Positions 1-10,927 of a DNA stretch of 64,000 bases are shown in pieces. The notes beneath the pieces were generated by a model that was not told the DNA's origin, did no database searches, and saw nothing but the letters and a program-made list of their open reading frames with translations. Each line of letters opens with the position of its first letter. Position 1 is the first letter of the stretch. The position numbers were made by a program, and so were the translations under genes. The stretch spans positions 78,244,001-78,308,000 of the forward strand of contig NC_059435.1 of the NCBI RefSeq assembly GCF_021028975.2. The letters are read 5' to 3'. Source of the DNA: Sphaerodactylus townsendi (lineage: Eukaryota).

Positions 1-238
1 GCCATCTTTTTAATTGGAGGTGCTGCCAGGTACTGAACCTGGGACTTCCTAAATGCCCAGCAGATGCTTGACCACTGGGCCATAGCCAGCCCCCCCCCCC
101 CCCCCGCCCCCCGGCCGCCTTTGGCAATGCCAGGAACAGCTTCCCGCGTCTCCCCAAAGCAGCTACCTTTTCTGGGCAAGCTTCTAAAAAGCCTTCCGTA
201 AACCATGGGAAAGGAGGGAAGGCAGCCGGGCATATATA

Positions 239-498
239 GCCTGATCTCTTCAGATCTTGGAAGCTAAGCAGGGTTGGTACTTGGATGGGAGACCCCCAAG
301 AAAGACTCTGCAGGGAAAGGTAAACCACTTCTCCTTCTCACTTCCCTTGAAAGCCCCTTTCTGGGGTGGGAGATCACCAAGGAAGGCTCTGCAGAGGAAG
401 GTCATGGCAAACCACCTCTGCTTCTTCTCGTGCCTTCCTTGAAAACTCCTTGCCAGGGTTGCCATAAGTTGGTTGTGACTTGATTGGACACATTCACA
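239..498 (+). mobile_element. 5S rRNA-derived SINE (5S-Sauria-like); related copies at about 11735-11920 (+) and 32490-32620 (-)
   Basis: Head GCCTGATCTC..AGATCTTGGAAGCTAAGCAGGGT..GTACTTGGATGGGAGACC matches the 5S internal promoter; followed by GGCAAACCACCTCT and a GGGTTGCCATAAGT tail. Confidence 0.7.
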
Positions 499-664
499 TA
501 AACTTTGCAGCCCTGAAAGCACACTCTAGTCACTCTACGCTTTCCCCGGGAAACCAGTGTGGCTGATTAAGTACCAGCTGGGCCCCAAGCCACTGTTCCG
601 GTAGATGGTGCTGTGCCGAACGAAGAACGTACACTCAGACCATGACTACACCATGCCTTCTTAC

Positions 665-871
665 CCGTGGTCCTGTCAGCAGGTGCTTGGGGGGTCACAG
701 GGAGACTTGAGGGAACTGTGACACCCAGCGGTGTGGTCTGGGTCATCCGACACTGAGCTGCGTTCTCATCGGTGCCATCTGAGCAGTCCACCACTCCATC
801 ACACACCTGTTGGTGGCTCAGACAGATGCCATCTGGACAAGGCAGCTGCCCAGGGGCACAGGTTACTTGGC
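665..871 (-). CDS. SSPO: SSPO coding exon 29 (LDLa plus Thr/Pro linker)
   Basis: QVTCAPGQLPCPDGIC...CDGVVDCSDGTDE; AG/GT. Confidence 0.92.
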
Positions 872-964
872 CTGCAAAAGGTAGAGAAAGCGGAGCAGCA
901 TGGATGGTACAGTACGGCCATGGGGGAAAACCCTCCTCTGGCTTCCATCCTCTGCCATAGCTCA

Positions 965-1287
965 GAAGAAGAAGAAGAAGAAGAGGAGGAGGAGGAGGAG
1001 GAGTTTGGATTTATATCCCCCCTTTCTCTCCTGCAGGAGACTCAAAGGGGCTGACAATCTCCTTGCCCTCCCCACTCCCCCACAACAAACACCCTGTGAG
1101 GTGGGTGGGGCTGAGAGAGCTCCGAGAAGCTGTGACTAGCCCAAGGTCACCCAGCTGGCGTGTGTGGGAGTGCACAGGCTAATCTGAATTCCCCAGATAA
1201 GCCTCCACAGCTCAGACGGCAGAGCTGGGAATCAAACCCGGTTCCTCCAGATTAGATACACGAGCTCTTAACCTCCTATGCCACTGC
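965..1287 (-). mobile_element. tRNA-derived CORE-type SINE (Squam3-like) with (CTT)n tail
   Basis: A/B box head, GTGACCTTGGGC core; near-identical copy at 26185-26482. Confidence 0.8.
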
Positions 1288-1419
1288 GTAGGGTGTGGAG
1301 GATGGCCATTCCCACAAAGAGTGGCAGACACACATCAGTTATCTTGGCTGAGGAGATGAGGGAGGGAAGCCCACTGAAGGTGTATCCCCAAGGAGGCCAC
1401 TTGTGTCGGACGAGCTCAC

Positions 1420-1650
1420 CTGGGCAGAAGGCCTCATCCGCTCCAGTGAGACAGTCCCGTTTGCCATCACAGACCAGAGCTGGGGCAAGACACTGGCCGT
1501 CCGGGCACTGGAAGTCCCCAGGGGGGCACACGCAGTCCTGCTCGTCACTGAAGTCCCCGCAGTCATCATGCCCGTCACAGCGGTGCAGGTACGGCAAACA
1601 GTGCCCGGTGGCGCACCGGAACTCACCAGGTTGACAGGGCGGCCCACAGT
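1420..1650 (-). CDS. SSPO: SSPO coding exon 28 (two LDLa repeats)
   Basis: DCGPPCQPGEFRC...CDGHDDCGDFSDE...GADEAFCP; AG/GT. Confidence 0.94.
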
Positions 1651-2451
1651 CTGAAAGGGATGGTAGGACTCACTCAGCCACGGCGTGGCCTTGATTTGGG
1701 ACACGGACACCTCACAAACAGGAGCCAAAGGCACACGAGAAGCGGATAGTGATAAAAATACTCTGAATAGTGAGAAAGAATAAGACCAACCTGGCATCTG
1801 ACGCTGAAAAGACATTATTTTTGTTTGCAAAGCCAATTGGATCTTTGGAGGCCAATCAGAAAGTAGCTGGACAAACACTTTGTGGGCACCAATGTAGGTT
1901 CAGTGGGCACCACAGCACACAAAGGGCCCCATGTTGGGGACCTCTGGGTGAGGGGTTTAAGTTGACTCTGCATTTCATGCATTTTAAAAACTTGCTTTAA
2001 TGTGTTTGATTGTTCTACACCTTGAGGATCCTAAGCTGGGTAGGAAGGTGACATAACGTTTTAAATGAATAGTAAAATAGTAGAGAATGCAAATGCCTTA
2101 GCATACCAGGTGCTCAGGAGCAGCAGCAGCAGCAGGCCATTGCTTTCACATCCTGCATGTGAGCTCCCAAAGGCACCTGATGGGCCGCTGTGAATAGCAG
2201 AGTGCTGGACTAGATGGACTCTGGTCTGATCCAGCTGGCTTGTTCTTATGTTCTTAGAACCCAGGAGAGACCTATTTGATGTTCCAGACTCGTCCTGGCC
2301 TCTTCCAGGTGAGCTGCCCAGTGGAGTAGCCCAGCATGTTCCTACTGCACTGGGAACCCAGGTCAGCCCCTCGCCCCAGAGTCATGCCAAGCCAAGCTCA
2401 GTGGTGGCTGCCGATGCCCTGGAGTGCCCTCCCTCCCTCCCACCCACTTGC

Positions 2452-2852
2452 CTGCCTCGTCGGAGTGATCTGCAAAGCCGCAGTCCAGCTCTCCATCACA
2501 GACATGGTCCTGGGGGATGCAGCGGCTGTTGGAGCAGAGGAACTCATGCGGGGCGCAGGTGGACACAGGACAGTCTCTCTCGTCAGAGTGATCCATGCAG
2601 TCTGCGGTGCCATCGCATCGGTAGCCCCACGGCACGCACTGCCCACTGGCACACTGGTACTGATGCGGAGCACAGCTCAAGGCACAGAACTCGTCTGAGC
2701 CATCCCTGCAGTCATCCTCGTTGTCGCAGACCCACGCGCTGGGCACGCAGCGCTCCCCTGTACGGCAGGCAAACTCAGTCTCGGTACAGCGGGGTGGGGT
2801 GACGCAATGCTCTAGTGGCGCAGTGCACTGCCACAGGCCTGCTTCGCATGAG
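2452..2852 (-). CDS. SSPO: SSPO coding exon 27 (three LDLa repeats)
   Basis: CDNEDDCRDGSDE, CDGTADCMDHSDE, CDGELDCGFADHSDE; ends at a GC donor CAG|gcaagt. Confidence 0.93.
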
Positions 2853-2886
2853 CTGCGGGAGGAACAGACATCAGAGGGGCTACAGG

Positions 2887-3079
2887 CAATGGTGGGATCC
2901 AAAAATTTTAATAACAGGTTCCAATGGTGGTTCCAATTCAAACAGTGGCGCCGCCGCACACACGCACCTCCAGTCCCTATTGGGCAGGGAGGTTGCTTTA
3001 GTAACCCCTTCTCGGCGCTCAGAAAAAATTAGTAACCACTTCTAGAGAAGTGGTGAGAAGTGGTTGGATCCCACCTCTG
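2887..3079. mobile_element. hAT non-autonomous element, TIR CA(G/A)WGGTGGGATCC (short form)
   Basis: Exact 8-bp TSD GCTACAGG; sibling at 54268-54458. Confidence 0.85.
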
Positions 3080-3456
3080 GCTACAGGCATGCCTGTCTTC
3101 TGACGTGCTTCGTGTGGCTTCTTGGTCTTGGGCAGAATTTTGAACTGTGGTGTTGCTGGGGGGGGGGGGGGGGCAGGAGGGCCCAGGCCTGTTGGGCTGC
3201 AGCCATCACATTCCTTCAGGGTCTTGCATCATACTCAAGGCCCTTTGGGGCACAAGTCATGTGTTTGCTGCAAGTGCGTGGCAAGCTTTGTGCCCAGCAC
3301 AGAATCTGGTGTGGTGAAGACATCCACTCAGACATTCTTTTAAAGCAAGTCTAACACCTTATGGCTCAGGGGAGTATCTGGCCTCAAAAAACACAGAAGG
3401 GGATAAGCAGAGGGACTGGGGAAGGGGGTCTTCCTAACCCCCCATTATGGGCTTAC

Positions 3457-3550
3457 CAGTTCCTGCACTCCTGCATCACCAGCGCACCCAGTGGGAACAA
3501 GATGCCCTCCCAGTAGCAGGGGCACTCAGAGGGGTCGATGCAGTGCCCAC
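3457..3550 (-). CDS. SSPO: SSPO coding exon 26
   Basis: GHCIDPSECPCYWEGILFPLGALVMQECRN; AG/GT. Confidence 0.93.
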
Positions 3551-4199
3551 CTGGCAGGGAACAAAACAGAACAGAGCCCAGGACTGATTGACCTGCCAAT
3601 CTCCCCCTGACCCCCAGCCGAACAACCACTGTTCCCCTCTGAACAGTCAAGGGGACATGCGCAAGGCTGTGCCCGTCACCTCCTTTGCCAGCCAGTTCCA
3701 AGGCCTGCTCTCTGAGACTCCAACTCTTGGGACTGCTGGTCAGAACAGGCAGGTTCCCTTCTCCAGGGCTTTGGCACACAGGTGGAGCTTCCTGGCCTGG
3801 GGGAAGGGGCTTCGAGCTGCACCAAAGCCTGCCTGGCCACGATGTCACACTGGCATTACCAGCGCCTGCCTCAGAAATCTCATTGGCCTCTAAGTTGCTA
3901 CTGGATGTCCGTCTAGCTCTTCCACCCACCGCAGAGCAACACGGCTGCCCTCAGAAACTGGCACTGCCAAGTCACTGTCTCTGATGGCAGATGAACGTGT
4001 CTTGACAAGCTGACATTGGGGCGGCATCCAGATGTGGCCGGATACTGCTCTGCTCTTGCCACGACGGATTGTTCACAACTGGACCAGCTTGTCCAGGCAG
4101 CTGGAAATGATTTCTACGGGGCAGAGACTGACCTCTCCAATGATGCCAGCAGCAGTGCCTCCCCCCCTCCCCGCATGAGTGCCAGGTCCTCGGCTGACC

Positions 4200-4405
4200 C
4201 TTTCCTGCAAGGGTTGCCACTGTCCAGGTGGGTCCTGGAGATCTGGAATGACAACTGGTCTCCAGATGACAAATGCCAGTTCTCCTGGAGGAAGGGGCTG
4301 CTTTAGAGGACAGGCTCTGTGGCATCCTGCCGTGCCGAGGTCCCTGCCCTCCCCAGGACCCGCCCCCAAATCGCCAGGAACTTCCCAAGCCAGAGCTGGC
4401 AACCC
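4200..4405. mobile_element. Old abundant TAGGGTTGCC-terminated repeat (about 200 bp); other copies near 5212, 12540, 27395, 28240, 33770, 38212, 56405, 60020 and 62690
   Basis: Inverted GGGTTGCCA / TGGCAACCC ends and shared GATCTCCAG..GGAGAAAATGGCTGCTTTGG core. Confidence 0.7.
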
Positions 4406-4489
4406 TGTCTCCTCCACCCCCTGCCTCGGGGGCACTTGGCCGCCCCCCTGCAAGCCCTCTCCCTTGCTCCCTGCAGCCTCTTCTCTTAC

Positions 4490-4639
4490 CGTGCAGCACC
4501 TTCCCCTCCGGGCAGAAGCATCCCTCCACGCAGGAGAGGGCCTGGCAGTATTCTGGGGGCTCCAGGCCGAAGCTCTTGCAGGTCTGGAGGCAGGCAGGGC
4601 CGCAGGAGTCGTACTCCAACCCGTGGTCACACTGCATTG
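4490..4639 (-). CDS. SSPO: SSPO coding exon 25 (TIL)
   Basis: MQCDHGLEYDSCGPAC...CVEGCFCPEGKVLH; AG/GT. Confidence 0.94.
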
Positions 4640-4749
4640 CTGAGAGGACAGGAGAGAGGCCAGTGCAGAGCTGACTGTCTGGGAGCAAAGGCCCAGCACA
4701 AACGCTCACTTCAAACATGCCCTGGATCAGATCTTGGGGTCCTGGTGGA

Positions 4750-5107
4750 GGGATCTGCTAACAAGCCTGCAGGCTGGGGCTCAGGCACCCTCCTCAGGGC
4801 TGCCCTCTTGGGGGCCGGTGGTCCCTTGGCCAGTGTTTAGGGATCCGCTAACAAGCCTGCAGGCTGGGGCTCAGGCACCCTCCTCAGGGCTGCCCTCTTG
4901 GGGGCCGGTGGTCCCTTGGCCAGTGTTTAGGGATCCGCTAACAAGCCTGCAGGCTGGGGCTCAGGCACCCTCCTCAGGGCTGCCCTCTTGGGGGCCGGTG
5001 GTCCCTTGGCCAGTGTTTAGGGATCCGCTAACAAGCCTGCAGGCTGGGGCTCAGGCACCCTTCTCAGGGCTGCCCTCTTGGGGGCTGGTGGTCCCTTGGC
5101 CAGTGTT
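4750..5107. repeat. Minisatellite, 4 x 90 bp
   Basis: Unit GGGATCCGCTAACAAGCCTGCAGG...CAGTGTTTA starts at 4750, 4840, 4930 and 5020; near-identical. Confidence 0.97.
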
Positions 5108-5418
5108 CACCCCTGTGGCCCTGGGAGCACAGAGGTACTTTTGGGAAAGGAATCTTTCTTCCCTCCCCCTTTGTGCCCCCCAACTCCCATATGAGCACCA
5201 GGCTTGTAGGCAGTGTTGCCAGCCTCCAGGGGTGGCCTGGACGTCCCCTGGAATTCCAACTGATCTCCATACTACAGAGACCATCAGCTCACCCGGAGGG
5301 AGTGGCGGCTCCGTGCTGCTCTGGAGTCACATCCTTGCTGAGCTGCCTTTCCAAACTCCCCCCTCCCAGGCTCTGCCGCCAAATCTCCCAAGCCAGAGTT
5401 GGCAGCACCCCTACTTAC

Positions 5419-5528
5419 GGCACAGCTCCTGGCTCCTCCAGCGCACAGACACGCTGCGCTTGCTGCACTCCTCAGCGTAAGTGGCAATGGCCGTGCAAAG
5501 ACACTCACAGTCCCCCCCAGAATCACAC
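5419..5528 (-). CDS. SSPO: SSPO coding exon 24
   Basis: [36 protein letters not shown]; translated by hand; AG/GT. Confidence 0.94.
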
Positions 5529-5852
5529 CTGTGGGGGGGGGGTAGAGAGAGAAGCCACCCATCAGTGGGGAAGCAGCCGAAGGACACCCCATGCTACACT
5601 TGTGTGTGGGGGGGTCCATCTGGAGTAGGCTCCTTGGAGTAGATGTGGGAGGAAAGAACAGGGCCAGGCCCAAGGAATTCCCCGTGGGTATCAGTGGGGT
5701 TTCCTGGGGCCGGGCCTTTGCATGAAACACCTGGCTGCGTCTCCCCTGCCCCATCAACCACCTGGATAAAAGTTGGGTCAAGTGTGGAGGGCGACTGGAC
5801 AATGGCAGAGACAATGTGGGGTTGCGGTTAGCTTCTTTGAACAGTTCTGGAG

Positions 5853-5960
5853 AGTTGGTTGTTGTGGGTTTTCCGAGCTGTGTGGCTGTGGTCTGGTAGA
5901 TCTTGTTCCTAACATTTCACCTGCATCTTCAGAGGTATATCACAGAGGGAGGTCTGTTAC
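5853..5960 (-). mobile_element. Penelope-like element remnant
   Basis: Minus strand reads CCTCTGAAGATGCAGGTGAAATGTTAGGAACAAGATCTACCAGACCAC, resembling squamate PLE terminal repeats (recalled). Confidence 0.55.
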
Positions 5961-6521
5961 AGAGTGCTGTTACACAGTACTGTGAGCGGTCAAGGCCTCA
6001 CATCTAGGATGGGAAGAACGGGGCCAGCTCTCACTGAATCCTGTCACCGCCTCTTCCAGCCTGCAGCTCTAGATGAGCAGACACTCATCGGGGCCATGGT
6101 CGAAGCCCTCTAGCAGCCTTCCCTGCACAGCTCCCTCCTGGCCGTCAGTGGCCCTCAGAGAAGTGACAGGGGCTCCTCAGCAGTGGCATCTCACCTTTGG
6201 TATTCCCACTTCCCACTTCCTTTCAGGCACCTGGTCTTTTTAGCAGGGCTTTTAACAAAGGGGTTTTTCATCTTTCAAATGCTTTACAATCCCCTTCTGG
6301 CAGAAGGATCATCTGCAACATGTTAGGCTGCTTGGGTTATATTTTATGCCTTTCTTCTGTCCTGGCAGGTTTTCACGGCACCTCCCTGTTCTTTAATGGG
6401 TTTGTTTGGATGGTTTTATTTTATTAGCTGTAAACTCCCTCAAGCGGATCAGCGGAGAGGCAGCATATCTATTTTCTAGAAGTAATAAATAAAAATGTGT
6501 GCCCATTTCCCAGCCACCTAC

Positions 6522-6649
6522 CCACAAGCATCGAAGACACACCACTCATAGAATGGCTCGCATGGGAGCTCCTCCCGGCAGGGGGCAAAGAGATCTTGCA
6601 GGAGAATCCCACAGCGTTTCCGAGCCCACGTCACACGGTGCGAGTTCAC
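6522..6649 (-). CDS. SSPO: SSPO coding exon 23
   Basis: VNSHRVTWARKRCGILLQDLFAPC...FYEWCVFDAC; translated by hand; AG/GT. Confidence 0.93.
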
Positions 6650-7376
6650 CTGGGCAGGGTGAGCAGAGAGGTGAAGGACTTCCTGGCCAGGGCCACCTCA
6701 AGGCGTTTTGTCACTTGCCTCCCATGTTCTTCCTTCCTGCTTGGACAAAGATGCCCCCTCCCCCTCTGGCCTGCCACTTTTTCACCTCTTCATCCCAGAT
6801 GGAGGACATCATTAGACAATTACCTAGCAGCCAGCTAGGCGGAGAAACAGCCCGAGGGGCAACGCCAACTCTGCCTGCCCTGTCAGCAAGAGTACCCCAA
6901 ACACAAAGCCCTGACACAACTGCCTTCTGATACAGACCTGCTGAGCAAACCCCAAGGTGAGAGCTCAGGAGAGACTCACCTGAGCATTCCTCCACCCACT
7001 GAGAGGTCGCAAAGACACAGTTTTCCAGGCTGGGGTGAGGCCCATTTGGTCCTTGTCTGGACCACAGAGGCGAGGTTCCTTGCCCTGCTGAGCGCTTGCC
7101 CCATTGTAAATGGACAGGTGACAAGAAACACCATGAAGGCTTCCCAGAAACTCCACGGGCATAAAATACAGGCAGAACAAATACCTTCCTGCCTCATCTC
7201 TTAAGGACGTTGTTCAGTGACCACCCTTCACTTGTGTATGTTATACACCATCAAGCCACCTCTGAACTATGGTGAGCCTGTGAATTCATGGCCTCCAAAT
7301 GTCCCTTCCTTATCGCCTTGCTCAGGTCTTGCAAACTGAAGGCTGTGTCTTCTTGTACGGCATCCATCCATCACAT

Positions 7377-10250
7377 GGGGCTTTCCCCACTTACCCTCTG
7401 CTGCGTGCTACTCCGGGAAAGTAGCGCGGGGTCCAGCGGCGCTCCCCACTTGCAAGGGCGGCAACCACGCAGCTGCCCCGACGCTGCCGCTCTTGCACCA
7501 CCTCAGTGTGCGTCATTCCTGGCGCTGAAGAAACGGCACCTTTTGATGACCCCGCACAGAAACCCCGAGAGCGCGCCAGGAATGACGCGTGCTGAGGGGG
7601 CACGAGAGCGGCGCGCAGCAGAAGGTGAGTGGTAGGGTTGGTCAATACTAAAATAATTCGTTAAAATTCGGATTTGGGTATTTTGGGGCATAAAATGATT
7701 TGTATACCCGAATCCGAATCATAGCCGACTCGGATATGCCCGAAAATTCGGGTAAATCTGAAAAATTCGGGTCCTTTTTATTATTTTTTTGAATTTTTGG
7801 TGTTTTTACACGTTTTGGCCTGCAGGGGACGCATTTTTAAAGCTAGCGGCACTAAACTTTCAGGATATCATCTGGAGACTGTCCTGATGATTTTCCCCAA
7901 GTTTGGTGCGGTTTGGTTCGGGGGGGGGGGCAAAGTTATTGACCCTCAAAAGGGGTGCCCCATCCCCCATTGTTTCTAATGGAAGCTAACAGGAGATGGG
8001 GGCTACACTTTTGAAGGTCCATAACTTTGGACCTCCTGACCCAAAGCTTCACCAAACTTGGGGAGTATCATATGGATTGAGTACTTGTATGATACCCTGA
8101 AATTTTGAGTACGACAGTAGCTCTAAAAGTGCACCCCTCACAGTCACCCAAAGAAATTTCCCCAGATTCTGTGCTCTGTAGTAGCTGGCTGGCTGGCTCC
8201 ATTGCAGCCAATGGGAAATTTCTGTGGGAGGGGCTGTGGAGTGCACATTTCTCATAGGTAAACCCACAAAACTTTCAGGGGTGTCTTCCAGGGGAGTCTC
8301 TTCATGACACCATCCAGGTTTTGGTGACCGTTGCTTCAAAGGGGTTCAATGTTATGGGTAGGAGTCCATCTCCACTGCCCCCATAGAGCAAAGTTCCTCA
8401 AACCTGGATGGTGTCATCAAAGAGGCTCTCCTGAAGACTCCACCAGGAACGTTCCTTGACTGGCTCTACCTTGATAAGTATGTGCACCTCACATCCCCCT
8501 CCACCAGAGGGAAATTCCTATTGACAGCAATGCAGAAATCACTGCAGAAAAAAAGAATATTGGGCAGAATTTTTTTTGCAGGGTGCCTGCAGGGGCGCAT
8601 TTTTTAGTCATATCAACACCAAAATATCAGGGTATCATCAGGAGACTGTCCTGATGACACCCCCAAGCTTGGTGCAGTTTGGTTTAGGGGGGCCAAAGTT
8701 ATGGACCCTCAAAATGGTAGCCACCATCTCCTTAGCTCCCATTGGAAACAATGGGGGATAGGGCATCCCCCTTTGAGGGTCCATAACTTTGGCCCCCCTG
8801 AACCAAACTGCACCAAACCTGGGGGTGTCATCAGGACAGTCTCCTGATGATACCCTGAAATTCGGTTCCACTAGCTTTAAAAATTCTGGTTTTCATGTTT
8901 CACCGCTCCTGCACATGAAGCCTGCTGGAGTGAGTGAGTGGTGAAACACGCAAACCAGCATTTTTAAAGCTAGTGATACCAAACTTTCAGGGTATCATCA
9001 GGAGACTGTCCTGATGATACCCCCACAGTTTGGTGCAGTTTGGTTCAGGGGAGCCAAACTTATGGACTCTCAAAGGTGTAGCCCCATCCCTATCAGCTCC
9101 CACTGGAAAGAGCAATGGGGGGATAGTTGCACCCCTTTTGAGGGTCCATACCTGAATAAACTGCACCAAACGGTGGGCAACATCAGGACAGTCACCTGAT
9201 GATACCCACAAATGATAGATTTGTGGTGCCGGTACATCTCAAAATGCATCCCCTGCAGGGCACTTGCCCCAGAAATTTGTCCAAGATTCTTTGGAGAGCC
9301 CTTGCGGTGGCTTAGCTGTATTGCTGTCAATGAGGAATTTCTGGTAGAGAGGGCTGTAGGGTGCACATTTCTGAAGGTATGGTCACAAAACTTTCAGGGT
9401 ATCTTCAGGAGGAAGTCTCTGGATGACACCATCCGGAGTTTGGGGAGCTTTGCTTTGGGGGGTTTAATTCTATGGGACCCCAAAAGGGTAGGGCCCATCT
9501 CCCACTGCCCCCTAAAGTAAAGTTCCCCAAACCTAGATAGTGTCGTCCAGGGCCTCTCCTGAAAGATACCCTGAGAAGTTTTATTAGGTTTACCATGAAA
9601 AATGTGCGCTCCACGGCCCCTCTATCAGAAATTCCCTATTGACGGCGAAATGCAGCTAAGTCACAAGGAACAAAGAATCTTATTAAATTTCTGGGGGTAC
9701 CTGCAAGGCACGCATTTACAAACATATCGGCACCAAAGGAATTTCCGGGGTATCATCCAGAGACTGTTGTCCCTGATGACTCTTCCCTCCAAGTTCGGTG
9801 CTGCAGAACTGGTTCAGAGGGGCCAAAGTTATGGACCCTCAAAGGGGTAGCCTCATCTCCTTGAGTTCCTCATTGGAAAGAATGGGGGATAGGGACACCC
9901 CTTTTGGGGGTCCATAACTTTGGCCCCCCTGGAGCCAAGCTTCACCAAACTTGGAAGGGGTATCATCAGGACAGTCTCCTGATGATACCCTGAAGTTTAA
10001 TTGCCGATATGTTTAAAAATGCGCCCCTGCAGGCCGAAACGTGAAAAAAACACCAAAAAAAATAAAAAAAAAGCGCCAATTCGGCTGGTGATCCGAATCC
10101 CATGGATTCGGCTCTGTTAGGATTCGGACAGCTCAGATTCGGCCCCTGCTCGTCCGAATCCGTCCGAATCCGTCCGAATCAGTGCAGATTCGGTAAAAAT
10201 CCAGATTCGGACTGTCCGAATCTCCAACCCTAGTGAGTGGGGAAAGCCCC
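7377..10250. mobile_element. Palindromic MITE (TIR GGGGCTTTCCCCACT), split by a 2.6-kb insertion
   Basis: Left TIR at 7377; right TIR split between 7624-7632 and 10233-10250; ACAT on both flanks. Confidence 0.75.
7633..10232. mobile_element. 2.6-kb non-autonomous hAT-type element with internal palindromic array
   Basis: TIR TAGGGTTGG...CCAACCCTA, exact TSD GTGAGTGG, subterminal CCGAA/TTCGG arrays. Confidence 0.88.
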
Positions 10251-10676
10251 ACATGTTAAGCTACCACACCCACCCCTTCTCAGTTACAGGCAGAAGGTCC
10301 CTTGGCTGGAAGAGAAGGCATCTGGATGCTTTCCAACATGCTGAATGATGTACTTTCAGGCCGCTTTAACGTACTTCTGCTGTGAAACAGCCAAACCCAC
10401 TTGTACGTTATTGCTCAAATGCATTGAAAACGGAGAACGTGTCCTGAGAAAAGGTCCCTCCCTCCTCCCAGAAGATGCCTCTGAGCACAAGAGTGTCCCT
10501 CTCCTGGCAAGAAGAAAAGGCACCCTGCAGATTGCCTGCTGACCCTGATAGAATTTGGGCTGTCCAGAAAGGCTCCAGGCCCCGCCTGCGTTTTCCACCA
10601 GCCTTTCCTCCTCCCTGCCTTCAGCCACAGAGACCTGCCCGAACCCTCTTGCAGCAGGGTGCTGATCTGGGCGTAC

Positions 10677-10879
10677 CGTGCACGGGTGCTCAAAGTCCTC
10701 GCTGTTGACTTCTGGGCATAGCAGGCTGACCCTCCAGGAGTTGCCAAAGAGATCGGCAGTTGGCTCAATGATGCCTTGCCTGCTAGTGAAGTCATTCTCC
10801 GTGTCCCCATCAAAGTTCCCACACAGGCCTGCCACACGGCCCTGGTACTTGGGGTCCAGCTTCACGTACACCCGTGTGC
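10677..10879 (-). CDS. SSPO: SSPO coding exon 22
   Basis: [25 protein letters not shown]...EHPCT; AG/GT. Confidence 0.95.
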
Positions 10880-10927
10880 CTGGAGAAAGCAAAGGGAAGA
10901 CTTGGTGCTTCGTGCCATGCTCTGAGC

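Noticed and set aside
239-300. 5S rRNA gene
   Set aside because: Partial, internally deleted and fused to a SINE body.
4734-5480. 248-aa ORF with a 30-aa repeat
   Set aside because: By-product of the 90-bp VNTR; non-ATG start, antisense within an SSPO intron.
7633-10232. CRISPR-like or prokaryotic repeat array
   Set aside because: Units are long inverted repeats without unique spacers, inside a TSD-bounded eukaryotic transposon; no cas genes.
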